DNA of 64,000 nt from NCBI RefSeq assembly GCF_006345805.1, contig NC_043013.1:51708001-51772000 (forward strand). Direction: 5' to 3'. Shown here in pieces: positions 13,293 through 27,501 of the stretch (the first letter of the stretch is position 1; each line of letters opens with the position of its first letter). Both the position numbers and the translations under genes were made by a program. The notes beneath the pieces were generated by a model. The model saw only the letters and a program-made list of their open reading frames with translations. It ran no database searches and was not told where the DNA came from. Origin of the DNA: Octopus sinensis (Eukaryota).

Positions 13293-14155
13293 CAATATAT
13301 GATTTTCAGTTTTTATCTACCAAATCCACTCAAAAGGTTTTAGGTGGCCAAAAGCTATAGTAGAAGTCACTGGTCCGAAGTACTGCACAGTGGAACTGAA
13401 CCTAGAACCATGTGGTTGGGAAGCAAGCTTCTTACTACACTGCCACACCTGCACTTTTTGTACCCACAATTCTACTTCTGGGTTTTGTATTATGTTGATT
13501 TTCCCCAGGTTGACTTAGCCTCTTTGGTTCCCTGTATAGAGGCTAAGCAGACAGTGCGGTGCTGACCATTGTTATCTGCAAGATCAGACAGATTTAGTTG
13601 TTACATTGAGCAAGTCACACAACTACATTCTATTGTCTGTGTGTCATAGAATGTATCAATGCATCATAGGCTGTAAGTGTGCCACTCACAATGACTTTGT
13701 GGCTATGTATACCTCGGCTTGTATTTGTGTGTGCTTGTCTGTGTGTGTATTCTGTATGTATGTATGTATATGAGTGTTTGTATATGTGTGTATGTACTCT
13801 CTCCTTTTGTATGTGATTGAATTTGTGTCTATATATCTGTATGTGTATGCATGTCTGTATGTGTGTGTCTATATTTATCTGTGTGTGTGTCTTTGCATTC
13901 ATGTCTATATGGATGTGTATATATGTTTATCTACCTATGCTTCTGTGTTTGTGTGTGTGCATGTCTATGAATTTGTGTTTGTATGCACTTCCTTCTATAT
14001 GTTTATGTTTGGGTGTGCCTGTGAGTACATGCATATGTATGTCTGTTTGTGTGTGTGTATATATATATGTGTGTGTATCTGTATACATGTGTATAAGTGT
14101 GCTTGTCTCTGTGTTTGTCTGTGGTGAATGTTTGTCTATATCTGAGTATTTATGT

Positions 14156-14182
<27 letters not shown>

Positions 14183-14190
<8 letters not shown>

Positions 14191-14386
14191 ATGTTACATT
14201 ACTCGGTAGTCAAGATAAAACTCTGAGTTTCAGATGCCCACAACACCATCTCTTCGGTTATCTGGCTATTTGAAAACTAGTTTTCAAATAGCCAGATAAC
14301 CGAAGAGATGGTGTTGTGGATTTCCACTTCGGCATCTGAAACTCAGAGTTTTATCTTGACTACCGAGTAATGTAACATATTGTATA
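14183..14386. repeat. ~200-bp near-perfect palindrome of a Penelope-type terminal sequence
   Basis: Centre aaaaCTAGtttt at 14278/14279. Left arm 96 bp, right arm 108 bp; they differ by one 12-nt indel (gatttccacttc). Confidence 0.92.
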
Positions 14387-14452
14387 GATAAATTTCCTCT
14401 ATTTACATAATATTGAGGTCTCTTTCTATCTTTTGTTATCTTACCGTTTTAT

Positions 14453-14498
<46 letters not shown>

Positions 14499-16448
14499 TT
14501 GTATGTGTTCCTGTGTATCTGTATACACATACGTCTGCGTCTGTGTATGTATATTTGTCGCTGTTATGTCTTTATATGTATAAGTCTGTGCATGTATGCC
14601 CTTATATGCATACATCTGTAAGTGTGTATATGTTTGTGTGTTGATAAAGTCAGAAGCATTTCGTAATAAGAGAAGAAACTCAGATGTGACTCGAATACAT
14701 GTAGTGGCCTTGGTGGTGGTGGTGGTGGTGGTGGTAGCCCTAATTGTTGTTGTTGTTATGTCATTCTGCCACACTGAAGTCGTTCCCCAACAGCTGTTTC
14801 ACTTAAAACAGAACAAAGAAGATTTGAAGCTGTGTGTTATCATCTGGATGGATGTAGTTTACCTACTGTGGAGGGTGAGTGACAGTAGGAGGAGGTTATC
14901 TGAGTGGAGAGAGTATGGTAGAGATAGTGGTTATGGTGGTAGTAGTGATGAAAGTTTTGATGGTTGTAGTGTGAGTGGTAGTAGTGTTCTGGAGATGTTG
15001 ATACTGTTGTTATTATTGTTGTCAGCCCTGATTGCACAATCGTGTGATCAAAGGCATTCCAGCCTTGCCCTACCCCACCATTATCATCTCTTTGTATGTA
15101 TAAAACTTCATTGCCTAATCTGTTCCTCATTTTTTAAGATAAGATGTGATTTGAGGAAGATTTAGCTGCTATTTCTAGTGCTGTTGTGCTTATTGGTGTC
15201 TAGTTATTACAGCTGTTGGTGTTGTTGATTCATAGTTACTTTAGTTATTGGCAGTGGTGGTCATGGTTGTGTTGGCTACATTATGGTTACTGCACTTAGG
15301 TTATTGTTGTTGTTCCTGATGTTTATTATCTAAGATGTTGCTTTTGTTAATACTGTTGTTGTTGTTGTCGGTTATGTTCTTGATATTGAGGTCATTGGTG
15401 GTTGTTGTTGTTGTTGTTGTTGTGCTGGTTGTAATTGCTGTATTTTTTTTTCTTCTTTTCTAATCAAGTTGGAAGAATTGGTGAAACAATGGACACAAAA
15501 TTACTTATAGCATTTAGCTTTATCTCTAAGTATTTCTTGTTGAGACTTCATGGTGAGAGGAGGGGGTATCATCATCACTATCAAATATCATCACCACCAC
15601 CATCATCATCAACACCATCACTATCAGTATCATTATCATAGGTGCAGTATGGCTGTGTGGTAAGAAGCTTGCTTACCAACCACATGGTTCCGGGTTCAGT
15701 CCCACTGCGTGGCGCCTTGGGCAAGTGTCTTCGACTTTTGCCTCAGGCTGACCAAAGCCTTGTGAGTAGATTTGGTAGATGGGAACTGAAAGAAGCCCAT
15801 CGTATATATACATGTGTGTCTGTGTTTGTCCCCTCAACATTGCTTGACAACCGATGTTGGTGTGTTTACATCCCCGTAACTTAGCGGTTTGGCAAAAAGA
15901 CAACAATAGAGTAAGTACTAGACTTGCAAAGAATAAGTCCTGGGGTTGATTTGTTCGACTAAAGGCAGTGCTCCAGCATGGCCACAGTCAAATGACTGAA
16001 ACATGCAAAAGAATAATAGAATAGTAGTTTTGATGTCTTCTTGTCCAATCCATTCTGGAATGGATTGAACAAGACTTAACAACACAGTATTTAATGGACA
16101 GAAACCCTTGCTGTTGTCCACCCCTATTTATTTTGTTTTTTGTTTAGTTTTTTTTCAAATAAGATATATTTTATATTCCACTCTTCTATTCACAAAACCA
16201 GCAAAATCTGACATTCTTTGGGACATATTGTTTGGTGGGAGATGTACGGCCAGCACACAGGTTCTCAAATGACATTCAGGTGAAAGCACACAGTTGCACA
16301 TGTGTATGTATTATGTAAATATGATGGCCATCCATACATTGTGGAGTCAATAAAATAAAACACAAGTGAAGTACAGGGGTCAAGTGAATTGGCTTCGACT
16401 TTTCCTGAAAGCATCCAGCCTTGTGCCAGTCAAGTACTGGGACTGATA

Positions 16449-17112
16449 CAGGGCCAGATTAAGACCCATAGAGGGCCTAAGCACTTAAAAGGTTTTGGTG
16501 CCCTCAAGTATATATAAATGGTTCAGAATGTAAACAAAAATAATTCAGTGGCTGTGTGGTAAGTAGCTTGCTTACCAACCACATGGTTCTTGGTTCAGTC
16601 CCACTACATGGCACCTTGGGCAAGTGTCTTCTACTATAGTCTCGGGCCGACCAAAGCCTTGTAAGTGGATGTGGTCGATGGAAACTGAAAGTGTGTCTGT
16701 GTTTGTCCCCCGCAACATTGCTTGACAGCTGATGCTGGTGTGTTTACGTCCTTGTAACTTAGCAGTTCGGCAAAAGAGACCAACAGAATAAGTACTAGGC
16801 TTACAAAGACTAAGTCCTGGGGTTGATTTGCTCGACTAAAGGCAGTGCTCCAGCATGGAGTTTTCTCTGAAAAGTTTTCTCCTTTGTTTTTTGCTTTTTT
16901 AATTGCAAAGTGTTTGATGACATCGTTAAAATTAATTTTACATAAAACTTCTGCTTCTATACTTAGTAGAGATAAAGCATTCTGAATATTATTTTAGCAA
17001 GTTTAAACTGATTTCTTTGTGCCCTAAACCATTTACCATTTCTGTGGTGCCCCTTCCTTCCCTTGATGCCCTAAACATGTGCTTATTTTGCTCAATGGTT
17101 AATCCAGTGCTG
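16449..17112. mobile_element. hAT-like MITE with a nested SINE A insertion
   Basis: Imperfect TIRs cagggccagattaa / ttaatccagtgctg. Flanks gactgata / aattgatg may be a decayed 8-bp TSD. Confidence 0.5.
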
Positions 17113-17179
17113 AATTGATGTGACCAACTGTGGCACCTCTTGCATTTGGTCTTGTAACATAAGGATGAACATAATACCA

Positions 17180-17810
17180 CAAGGCATTTTGCCCAGTGTG
17201 CTAATGGTTCAGCCAGCTCACTGCTTTGCCCTTCCTACTAAAAGCACTAGGCCTGAAATTTGATGGGAGGGGGCTAACTGATTACATTGTCCCCAGTGTT
17301 TCACTGGTACCTGATTTATTTACCCCAAAAAAGATGGAAGGCAAAGTCAACCCCAGCAGAATTTGAACTCAGAACATGAAAATGGACTGTAATAATTATT
17401 TCTACTCAAGGCACAAGGCCTTGAAAATCTTTTTCGGGTAGGGGCTAGTCAATTACATCAACCCCAGTGCTTAACTGGTACTTATTTCATCGACCTCTAA
17501 AGGATGAAATGCAAAGTCAACCTTGGTGGAATTTGAACTCTGAACATAGTGGCAGACGGAATACCACTAAGCATTTCGCCCGACGTTGTTAACAATTCTG
17601 CCAGGTCACTGTCCTAAGATGGACAGTAATAGTAATAATTTCTTCTAATTTTGGCACAAGGCCAGCAGTTCTAAGGGAGGTGTAAAGTAATTACATTGGT
17701 CAATTGGTATTTAGTTTACCAATCCCCAAAAGGATGAAAGGCAAAGCTGACCTCGGTACAATTTGAACTCAGAATATAAAGCTGGAAAGAATGCTGTTGA
17801 GCATTTTGCA
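17180..17810 (-). mobile_element. Tandem cluster of SINE family B copies
   Basis: Repeated aggcacaaggcc...ccccagt...ggtac...aaaggatgaaaggcaaagtcaacc...gaatttgaactcagaac blocks. Other family B copies at ~475-650, 2310-2510, 35450-35780, 39460-40055, 43820-44480(+), 55785-55990, 63395-63720. Confidence 0.8.
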
Positions 17811-17811
17811 C

Positions 17812-18260
17812 ATCATCATCATCGTTTAATGTCTACTATCCATGCTGGCATGGGTTAGACGGTTTGACTGAGGACTGGCAAGCCGGGAGGCCTACCAGGC
17901 TCCAATCTGATCTGGCAAGGCTTCTACAGCTGGATACCCTTCCTAACGTCAACCACTCGAGAGTGTAGTGAGTGCTTTTTACATGCCGGTGGCATGGGAA
18001 CCAGTCAGGCGGCACTGGAATCGACCATGCTTGAATGGTGCTCTTTTATGTGCCACCGGCACAGGAGCCAGTAAGGCAGCACTGGTACCGACTATGCTCA
18101 AATGGTACTTTTTTACATGCCACCAGCACGGGAGCCAGTGAGGCAGCACTGGCATCAACTACGCTCGAATGGTGCTTTTTGTGTGTCACTGGCACAAGAA
18201 CCAGTAAGGCGACACTGGCATTGACCCAGCTCGAATAGTGCTTTTTACGTGCCGTGCCAG
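17812..18260 (-). mobile_element. SINE/LINE-tail family D, (GAT)n-tailed, with an internal ~64-bp tandem array
   Basis: catcatcatcgtttaatg..ccatgctggcatgggtt..ctggata/gcccttcctaac, followed by about four units of ggtgctttttacgtgccaccggcacaggagccagt..gcactgg. Related copies at ~22330-22510, 25310-25600, 41480-41720, 52020-52240, 55059-55320. Confidence 0.75.
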
Positions 18261-19029
18261 CTTGCATATGTGCATACATGCACAGACTTATACACATTAA
18301 CACATACACATAACTACATTCATACACACATACATATATCATAGACATGACTGTGTTGTTAAGAAGCCTGCTTGTCTTTCAAAGATGGATACTTATCCTA
18401 TCAGTCTCTTTTGCCAAACTAAGTTACAGGGACATAAACACACAAACACCAACTGCCAAGCAATGCCAAGGGACAAAAACAGATGCAAGGGACACACACA
18501 CACAAATAAACACATGATGGGCTTCTTTTCAGTTTCCGTCTACCAAATTCACTCACAAGGTCATGGTCGGCCCAAGTCTATAATAGAAGACACTTCTATA
18601 AAATGTCACACAGTGGGACTGAACCCAGGGCCATGTGTTTGGGAAGCAAGCTTCTTACCACGCCTATATACTTACTCATTACTATTTTTCTATAATTTCT
18701 TCTAATCTTTCCACCATTACATGTCTCCATCTGTGTCAACATTCTCGCAACTGTCTGTCGTCTGACTGTTAGATTAACCAATTCAACACTTAACTAATTA
18801 CTTAATGACTGTCTCACTGATTACAAAAGTTAACCCCTCCCACTTTTACCCACATTCTGTCTGCCTCTCTGTCAATCCCCCTCTCTCTCTCTCTCTATTC
18901 TGTTTCATCTGTTTCTCATTCAGTCTATCTATCTGTCTCTCTGTCCTTTCAATCTGTCTATCAGTCTGTCTACCAGTCTATCTACCTCTCCCCTCTTCCT
19001 CTCTCTCTCTCTTCTCTCTCTCTCTCTTC

Positions 19030-19064
<35 letters not shown>

Positions 19065-21538
19065 TCTCTTTCTCTCTCTCCTCATAACAATGACATTTTA
19101 TTAACAACAACAAGAATATGTGCAACATAACTCAATAGTGAAATCACTTTAGTTTTGGTGTCATGTCTGGTGGACTAGATTGGGGTGGTGGTGCTCTGTG
19201 TTCCATAGACAGGGAGGGTGGGGACAGATGTAGAGGGTGTAGATGATGCTGAAGCAAGCAGAGATGAAGGTGTATATAACTGGTAGTGTAGTATGGGCGA
19301 GGGTGTGGATGAAAATGTTTACACTCATGTATGTATACAGCCATGGGGATGAAGTGATGGTGGTGGTGGTGGTAGTTGTGGTGGTAGCGGTGGAGTGATA
19401 TGAAATGATGGTATAGGTGGTGGTGTTATGGTGTTGAGGGGAATTTATAAATATATGTGATGTGGTGGTGGTGGTGGTAAGGCTGGGGTGAAGGTGTTGG
19501 TATAGGCGGCGGTATGGTAGTGGTTTTGGTGCTGGTGCTGGTATGACGAGACGTGCACCTACTGCTGCTGCTGCTGTTATTGTTGAGGTGATCCAGAAGA
19601 AAGCAAAGTGATTGGTTTGTCATCATTTCTGACCATTGTCAACTTTTGGTAGACAATGGAAGAAGTGTGAGTGATATAGTATAGGTTTGGTGGGGGTGGT
19701 CGTGATAGGAGAGGTGTTGGTGGCAGTGGTGGTGATAATATTTCTGAGGATGATGATGACAATGGTAATAGAATTGATAGACTGTGGCACAGATGGTGGT
19801 GGTAGTAGCAGTAGTAGTAAAAACTGATTGCAGTACCATTTTTTTCTGCTGGTGGTGGTTATAGTAGTGGCAGTGGTGATGGTGGTGGTAGTAGTAGATA
19901 TTTTAGTGATTTTTTTCTGGTAGTTACGATGGTGGTGGTGGTGGTATAGGTGATGGAGGTGACGGTGTTTGAGTCATAATGATGATGGCGATGGTGGTGA
20001 TGATGATGATGATGGTGGTGCAATGGTATTCTTTGAGCGTGATTCTATGGGAATTATTAGTCATTCGTATTAAGAGTGATGTGGGGGTGGTGGTGTGGGG
20101 TGGCGTGGAGGTGAGGCCACCCCTTACCCCCCACCCCCTAAAATCTGGGGAGGTGAAAAAAAACAATCATTGCTCATGTTTAACGGTATTAAGGAATGGC
20201 ACTTTATATTAATGGTGGTGGTGGTGGTGACTATGATGACGGTGGTGGTGGTGAGATAGTGATTGTGGTGGTGGCAGTGATGGAGGGGATGGTGATAGCA
20301 TGGTGGTGATAGTGGTAGTGGTGGTGGTGGTGACAGTTGAAACAGTGAGATGATGGTGATGTTTAGTGATGGGCTGTTGGTGGCAGTGGTAGTGATGATG
20401 GTGGTGGTGGTTGTGATGTGGTATGGTTATAATGGTGACTGATGATGAGGATGCCTACTGGTGGTGGTGATGTGGATGATGGTGGTAGTAGTGGTGTTGA
20501 TGATGATGGAAATGGTGGTGGTGGTAGTGGTAATGGTGATGATGCGGTATGGCTATAATGATGATGACAGTGATGATGATGAAGATAACTGATGCTGGTG
20601 GTGGTAACAGAAACTCAATGTTACTGCTGCTATCGATGGTGGTGGTGGTGATGCTGCTGCTGATGATGGTGGTGGTGGTGATGATGATGAGGATAATGAT
20701 AGTGATGATGATGGTGGTGGTGATGATGATGATGATGGAGACATTGCCTCTGGCACATCTTACCTATGGGATTTACCAGTGGGATGTTTCTCATTTTGGC
20801 ATTTTCAAGAATTCTTTCTTCCTTCAACATGAAAACCGTGACATCAGCAGCAGCAACAACAACAGCAGCAACATTGACAGGAACAACAAAACCATACCTT
20901 TCCTTTCTCGTTCCACATCTAACCCATAAGAACAACAACAACATTCACATTATTAAAAGCAACAACAACAACAACAACATTAGCAGCAGCAATGTGAGAC
21001 ACCAACAATAGTACAGACAGCAACAACAACATCAACAACATCTGCAAGACAAGCAAACAGATATCTTTCCCACCTCAGATCCCCCCCCCATCCTCCCACC
21101 CATGATCTTATAAACAACTGTAACAGCAACAACAACAACAACATCAGTACCAGCAACTGCAGCAGCACACGAAGAATAGTATGGACAACAACAACAAAAT
21201 GTTACACATCACCACCACTAACAACAACAACAGCAATAATGGTTATAATAGCAAAAACAACTACAAAAATATAATATGAAAACATCACCAACAACAACAA
21301 TTTTATCTTACACAACAGCAGTAGCAGCAGCAGCAGCAACCATTATCAAAAGCTGGTACAAAAAGCAAGAACCACAACAACAACATAAACGTGATGTTGC
21401 CGTTCTCACCTACAAACATTTCCCTCTATTCTGCACCATCACCAACTCGTCCTTACCTTTAATGACATCAATTAAACTTTCAGAAGTTCCCATCATTTAA
21501 ATCATATCTACATTTAACTAATGTTTAAAACCAACCCC

Positions 21539-21569
<31 letters not shown>

Positions 21570-21619
21570 TGCTTGCTCTCTCTCTCCCTCTCCCCTTTGA
21601 TCTGTTCCCAAATGCCTCT

Positions 21620-22075
21620 GCTTTCTCTAAACACTGCCCATGAGATGCTTTGTTTTATCAACTTCCAAATATTCTTTGAAAGTGCGATGGTACTTTCCAG
21701 GTGGCAATGATGAAATGAGTTGTTGTGCTGGTGTATACATCTTTTGAAAGATTCCTCTGTGATCCCTCTGTAGTTTATTGATGTTTTGTTGGTGGAGACA
21801 TCAGTAAGGAGTATAATGCCTTTCTCTAGATATTGGGCACAAAGCTCCATCGTACAGCAGTTACATATTAGCTCCCTTTACTCTTATTTGCATTGGGTCT
21901 TCTTGATAGTATTAGATTTATTTTAATGCAGCTGTAGCTTATCTTTGTGTTGTTCTTGATGATCATCTCATAGAATTTATGGCTGTTTGGGAAATGATTT
22001 CTGATTAAGAAAAGGATATGTTTGCTACTCTAGTTTTTACACCAGTATTGAGTGCTGAGTGACACCATGTAACAT
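21620..22075 (-). pseudogene. Penelope-like element remnant (linker plus GIY-YIG endonuclease region)
   Basis: Minus-strand reads include IRNHFPNSHKFY, NTKISYSCIK and GIILLTDVSTNKTSINYRGITEESFKRCIHQHNNSF..STIALSKNIWKL..SISW. These follow the Penelope pattern HFP..H.L / NT.K.SYSC / IY....Y.G.TE..FK.R...H..SF / T.LS..IW.L. Frameshifted and degraded. Confidence 0.8.
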
Positions 22076-24546
22076 CTTCCTCCTGATCAAACAAAACCAT
22101 AATCTAAGATTTAATTTCAGTTCCTCTCTTTCACTCACTCACGTACACACAAACACGTAAATAAACACATATTGGAGTTCTCCAATGACAGAATTGCATT
22201 GAGCATTTATATGTACCACAAAATACAAAAAAAACTCTGTGTGTGTGTGTGTGTGCCACATAAAAAGCACCTGTGCCACTGTTGCATAAACACACCTGTG
22301 CCAGTGCTTCATAAATGTACCCATGCTGGTGGTACGTAAAAAGGACCCAACACACACTGTGAGGTGGTTGGCATTAGGAAGGGCATCCAACCATAGAAAC
22401 CATGCCACAACAAACAATGGGAGTCTGGTCAGCTCCCAGCGAACCAGCTCCATGTTAAACCATCCAATCCATGCCAGAATGGAAAGTGGATGTTAAACAA
22501 TGATGATGATGTATGTGTATGCCATTTAGGTATCATAAACAGCCATCTGTGTATCATATTCAATATATATGTGCTGTAAGTGGTGAGCTGTAAAATCTTT
22601 AGAATGCCAGGCATGTAGGAATCAAGACAGTTCTTGTATTATGTGAATATGTCATAACATTCATGTGCGCATATGTACGTGTGTGTTATTAAAACAGAAG
22701 ACTAGAAAGAATTGGTATATTTTAAATTCCATGCTACCCCTGTTCCATTACAGGAAAGCAGTTAGAAGAGTATTCTTGTAGAAAAACATGTATAAGGTCT
22801 CCTATCCATAATTCTTCAGATAAAGATTGGAAAATAAAATGATTTTAAAATTTGTCTTTGTATCTGGTTTGCAAGATTCCTTATGTGAATTCATGCATTG
22901 AAACAAATTTTGTTGTGTCTGCTGAGAGTCGTGATATCCTTCATATCAAACACACTCACTGGTTCAATTTCCACTCATTTATTTATTTATTATTTATTTA
23001 TTCCAGAAAGCTTTTTTGTCACGGCATTTGTAACTGTATCAATGGATTTTGACTCTGACATTTTTAATCTTTGCCTGGTAAATTATAAATAGGAGAATTC
23101 CATATATCTTTTTTTACTTTGTAGCTCCTATCCCATAATGAAACACATGTAATGTGGAGTTAAAAATATTACAATTCTCTCCAGTCTTTTGTTTTGATAT
23201 GTAATTATTCTGGAAATAGAACTCACCAGAAATTTCAAATGCAATGAATTGCCCCATTTAAAATAAAACATCTGTATACATAAATCGGGTTAATGTGAAC
23301 ATGCAGATGTGCTTCACGAGGACACATCTTGAATTATAACCCCTTATATATATATATATACACACGCACATACTATGTGTGTGTATGTTCATGAATATGT
23401 TTGCATTCATATAATAGCTGTATATGTCTGTTATGCACAGCAGTATGCTTGGTTTTGACGTATACACGTATGTATGATTGTATATATGCATGTAGCTCTG
23501 TACATATGTACACATACACACGTGTGTTTATCCTATATGAACACACATTGGTGTGAAATATATTCATTGCAAATAATGCTTGTATTTATATTTGTGAGTA
23601 TATATGTGTGTGTGTGTTCATCTGCATTTGTGCATGTATGTAAAAATGTATGTATATCTATGTTTATATGTATTTTTATGCACATAAGGGTATATATATA
23701 TATATATATGGAGAGAGGGGCATGTCTATTTATATGTGACTCTGTGTGTGTTTGTGTCATATTTTTACAAAACCTTACTTCTTTGTTAACTCAGCCTTAT
23801 TGTTTATTTAATATAATTGTGTGAAAAATAACATTATTCTTTCCCTATAGCCTACAAAACAATATCTAATGTATATATACATGCATAGAAATATATTTAC
23901 ACATATATATACATGCATATATATACATATATATATATATGGTAATTTTTTCTTCAAACTAGATATTATCAGTGTGATGTAATTCTGATATTCACCATGT
24001 GTAGCCTTAAAAAACACATTTTATCACTACCATCTACTATCTCGTTGTACCTTATCATTAACTGGTCATATATCATCGTTAACATCATCATCATCATTGT
24101 CGACTTCATCATCGTTATCATCATTGTCATCCTCATCATCATCATCATCATCACCATCATTAACAACATCATGATCATCACCGTTTTTTGTTGTAGTTGT
24201 TCTAACAGCCATGTTTCCATGCTTGCATGAGTCAGACAGAATTTATTGAGGTGCAATTTCTACAACTGGATGCACTTCCTGTCACCAACCTTCACCTGTA
24301 TGTCCCCCCCTCCGCACCCGGCTGGACAACAATCACACAATGTGAAGACAAAGGCACAAACACACATAAACACATGCATACATTTGATGGGATTCTTTCA
24401 GTTTCCATCGACCAAATCGACTCACAAGCCTTTGGTCAACCCAAGGCTGCAGGAAGACACACCTGCCCATGGTATGCCATGCAGTGGGATTGAACCCAAA
24501 AGTATGTAGCTGGCTAGTAAACTTGACCACACAACCATATCCATGT

Positions 24547-24593
<47 letters not shown>

Positions 24594-24997
24594 ATATATG
24601 TGCGTGTGTGTGTCTGTCATATATATGTATGGCTGTGTGGTAAGAAGCTTGCTTCCCAGCCACATGGTTCCAGGTTCAGTCTCACTGCATGGCACTTTGG
24701 GCAAGTGTCTTCTACTATAGCCTCTGGTGAACCAAATCTTTGCGAGTGGATTTGGTTGACGAAAACTGAAAGAAGCCTGCCATATGTGTGTATGTGTCTT
24801 TGTGTATGTGTATATTTTCCCATCATTGCTTGACAACTGGTGTTGGTGTGGTTATGTCCCCGTAACTTAGCAGTTCGGCAAAGAGACTGATAAAGTAAGT
24901 ACTAGGCTTACAAAGAATAACTCCTGGGGTCGAATAGTTTGACAAAAACACTTCAAGGCGGTGCTCCAGCATGGCCATAGTCAAATGACTGAATATA

Positions 24998-25035
<38 letters not shown>

Positions 25036-25262
25036 ATAATTGTTTGATGGAATATTATTCCTAACTTACAGGGAAAAATTCAATTTAGAAATACTAAATC
25101 AAATTTCACAAATATATACATTTTTATTATTATTTTGCAATTTACTTAATCATTGGTATATTATTGTTATTTTATTTTTAATATATCTATTATGTGTAAT
25201 TTTCTAGATGGTGTAATTTAATTGTTCATTTTGAATTGATAAAAGGTGGTTTTTTCTAATTC

Positions 25263-25293
<31 letters not shown>

Positions 25294-26741
25294 TATATCA
25301 GCAGCAGCAGCATTTAACGTTCCTTGTCCATGCTGGCATGGGTTGATTGTTTTGACCAGGGCTGGCAAGCTGAAAGGCTGCACACATCATCATCATCATT
25401 CCCGTTAGATATCTGTGTACCATACTGGTGTGGGTTGGATGGGTTTGACAGGAGCTGGTGTGCCAGGAGACTGCCAAGCTTCAGTGTCTGCTTTAGCGTA
25501 GCTTCCACAGCTGGATGCCCTTCCTAATGCCATCCACTTTACTGCATGTCCTGGGTACTATTTACATGGCACCAGCACCGGTGAGGTCACCTAGAAATTT
25601 GCAAAGCAAAAACTCCTCAACTGAGTTGGGAATATATCAATGTTTGTGTGTGCAGACATGCATGTATGTATTTAATATTTTATGTGTTTTAGCTCAAAGG
25701 TGGTGGCCCTGCTGGGGCACCACCATGTTTATAAGATAGATGTGAAAATATGTTTGACGTTTATAACTTTTACCCCTTAACATTTAAACGAACTATATCT
25801 GGCCCAAATAGTCTACCCGTTTAATGCTCAAACCAGCCAGATCCAGCCTCTCACATCTACCCGACAATGTTGTTCTAAAAATAAACAATCACAGTTCTAT
25901 ATTTAAGAGATGTGTGGTAAGTAGCAATAGGTACAGGAGTGGCTGTGTGATAAGTAGCTAGCTTACCAACCACATGGTTCCGGGTTCAGTCCCACTGCGT
26001 GGCACCTTGGGCAAGTGTCTTCTACTATAGCCACGAGCCGACCAAAGCCTTGTGAGTTGATTTGGTAGACGGAAACTGAAAGAAGCCCATCGTATATTTA
26101 TATATATATATGTGTGTGTGTGTGTATGTTTGTGTGTCTGTGTTTGCCCCCCCCCCCCATCGCTTGATAACTGATGCTGGTGTGTTTACATCCTTGTAAC
26201 TTAGCAATTCGGCAAAAAGAGACCGACAGAATAAGTACTAGGCTTACAAAGAGTAAGTCCTGGGGTCGATTTGCTTGACTAAAGGCGGTGCTCCAGCATG
26301 GCCGCAGTCAAATGACTGAAACAAGTAAAAGAGAGATGAGGGATTATGTACATTATTTACATTATTTACCTTCAAGGGTTCAAAAAGATTAAGATTTCAA
26401 TTAAAACAAGGAACCAGAAGTTGACATCATGTCATACTTTATGACCCAGATGCTTTCTTGTAAAATAAACAACCCTTTGTTTGTGTCATTCCAGAACTTA
26501 ATGTTTCTCAATAATGACAGACATCTATCTAGCAATTATAACTACCAAGTCTGTCTAAGGTAACTTCTAAAGAGTCTCCATTCTGCTCCTCATCTCAAAA
26601 AAAAATCTCCAAGTTTTATAATACCTTGGACCCATTTAACTGCTTAAATTCCAGTGGCAGATTTTAAATAATAGAACTATGATAGTTCTTACTTACGTCA
26701 TTTACATTTGATGGATATTTGTCCTCATCTTGTTTGTTGTT

Positions 26742-26787
26742 AACACAACATTTCGGCTGATATACCCTCCAGCCTTCATCAGGTATC
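26742..26787 (-). ncRNA. Minimal type I hammerhead-like motif (Penelope-type)
   Basis: Minus strand: gatac-CTGATGA-A-GGCTG-(10 nt)-CAGCC-GAAAT-GT-T-gtgtt. Perfect 5-bp stem II; C15.2 to T is consistent with CpG decay. Confidence 0.6.
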
Positions 26788-26988
26788 TTGGGGAAATTTT
26801 GAACCGGGGTTCTCATGGTGTTAACCTCATGGATGGATGGTTTCATCCAAGGAAATACTGGTTCAATACCTAATATTGTCGAGGAACGAAATTCCCTTAA
26901 AACAATAGGTGTATATTTAGCATATAGTTTATACTCATTTAAACGAAGAAAAAAAAATGGAGATTAGGAAGTTACCAATTATTTATTA

Positions 26989-27501
26989 CTAGCAGTATCG
27001 CCCGGCGTTGCTCGGGTTTGTAAGGGAAATAACTATATAAGCATTTTTAGAGAGTTACTTCCCTTATAGATGCCAATTCGGGCTTTCTTAGCCATTTCTG
27101 TTTTGGTGTCTTCAAGCCATGAAGTCGTTGTTCTAAAAGAACGCTGGTCTCCTTGACAACGCTTTACGACGTTGATTTCCTTACACTCCCTTCCCCACAG
27201 CTTCACGAGGGAGGGAAGAAGGGGGAGAAGCAAACAGGTGCAGGTGTGACCATGGACGCCAACTCCACCGCCATCGACACACGAAAGATTATGCATTAAA
27301 ATGGAATAAAAAATGATGTTAAATTATTTTTAAAATCGTAGACTCATCGTAGACGCGCGCTAATAGCCAGACGGGCTCGATATGAATCACGACTATAAGA
27401 TACCCGGTTTTGGTTAAACTGCACCGCAAAATGTGGGAGTAGTTAGGAATCTAAATCGAAGGGGACAGATACTCACACAACTACAGTTTTATATATATAG
27501 A
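26989..27501 (-). mobile_element. Non-autonomous Helitron
   Basis: On the minus strand it starts A|TC and ends CTAG|T, with a GC-rich subterminal hairpin cccgagcaacgccggg just before the CTAG; no TSD. Confidence 0.8.

Noticed and set aside
18000-18260. Regularly spaced repeats superficially like a CRISPR array
   Set aside because: Whole units are repeated with no unique spacers, the context is eukaryotic, and there are no cas genes.
25040-25260. AT-rich insert within a TA microsatellite with faint hammerhead-like layout
   Set aside because: Core nucleotides are too degraded to support a call.
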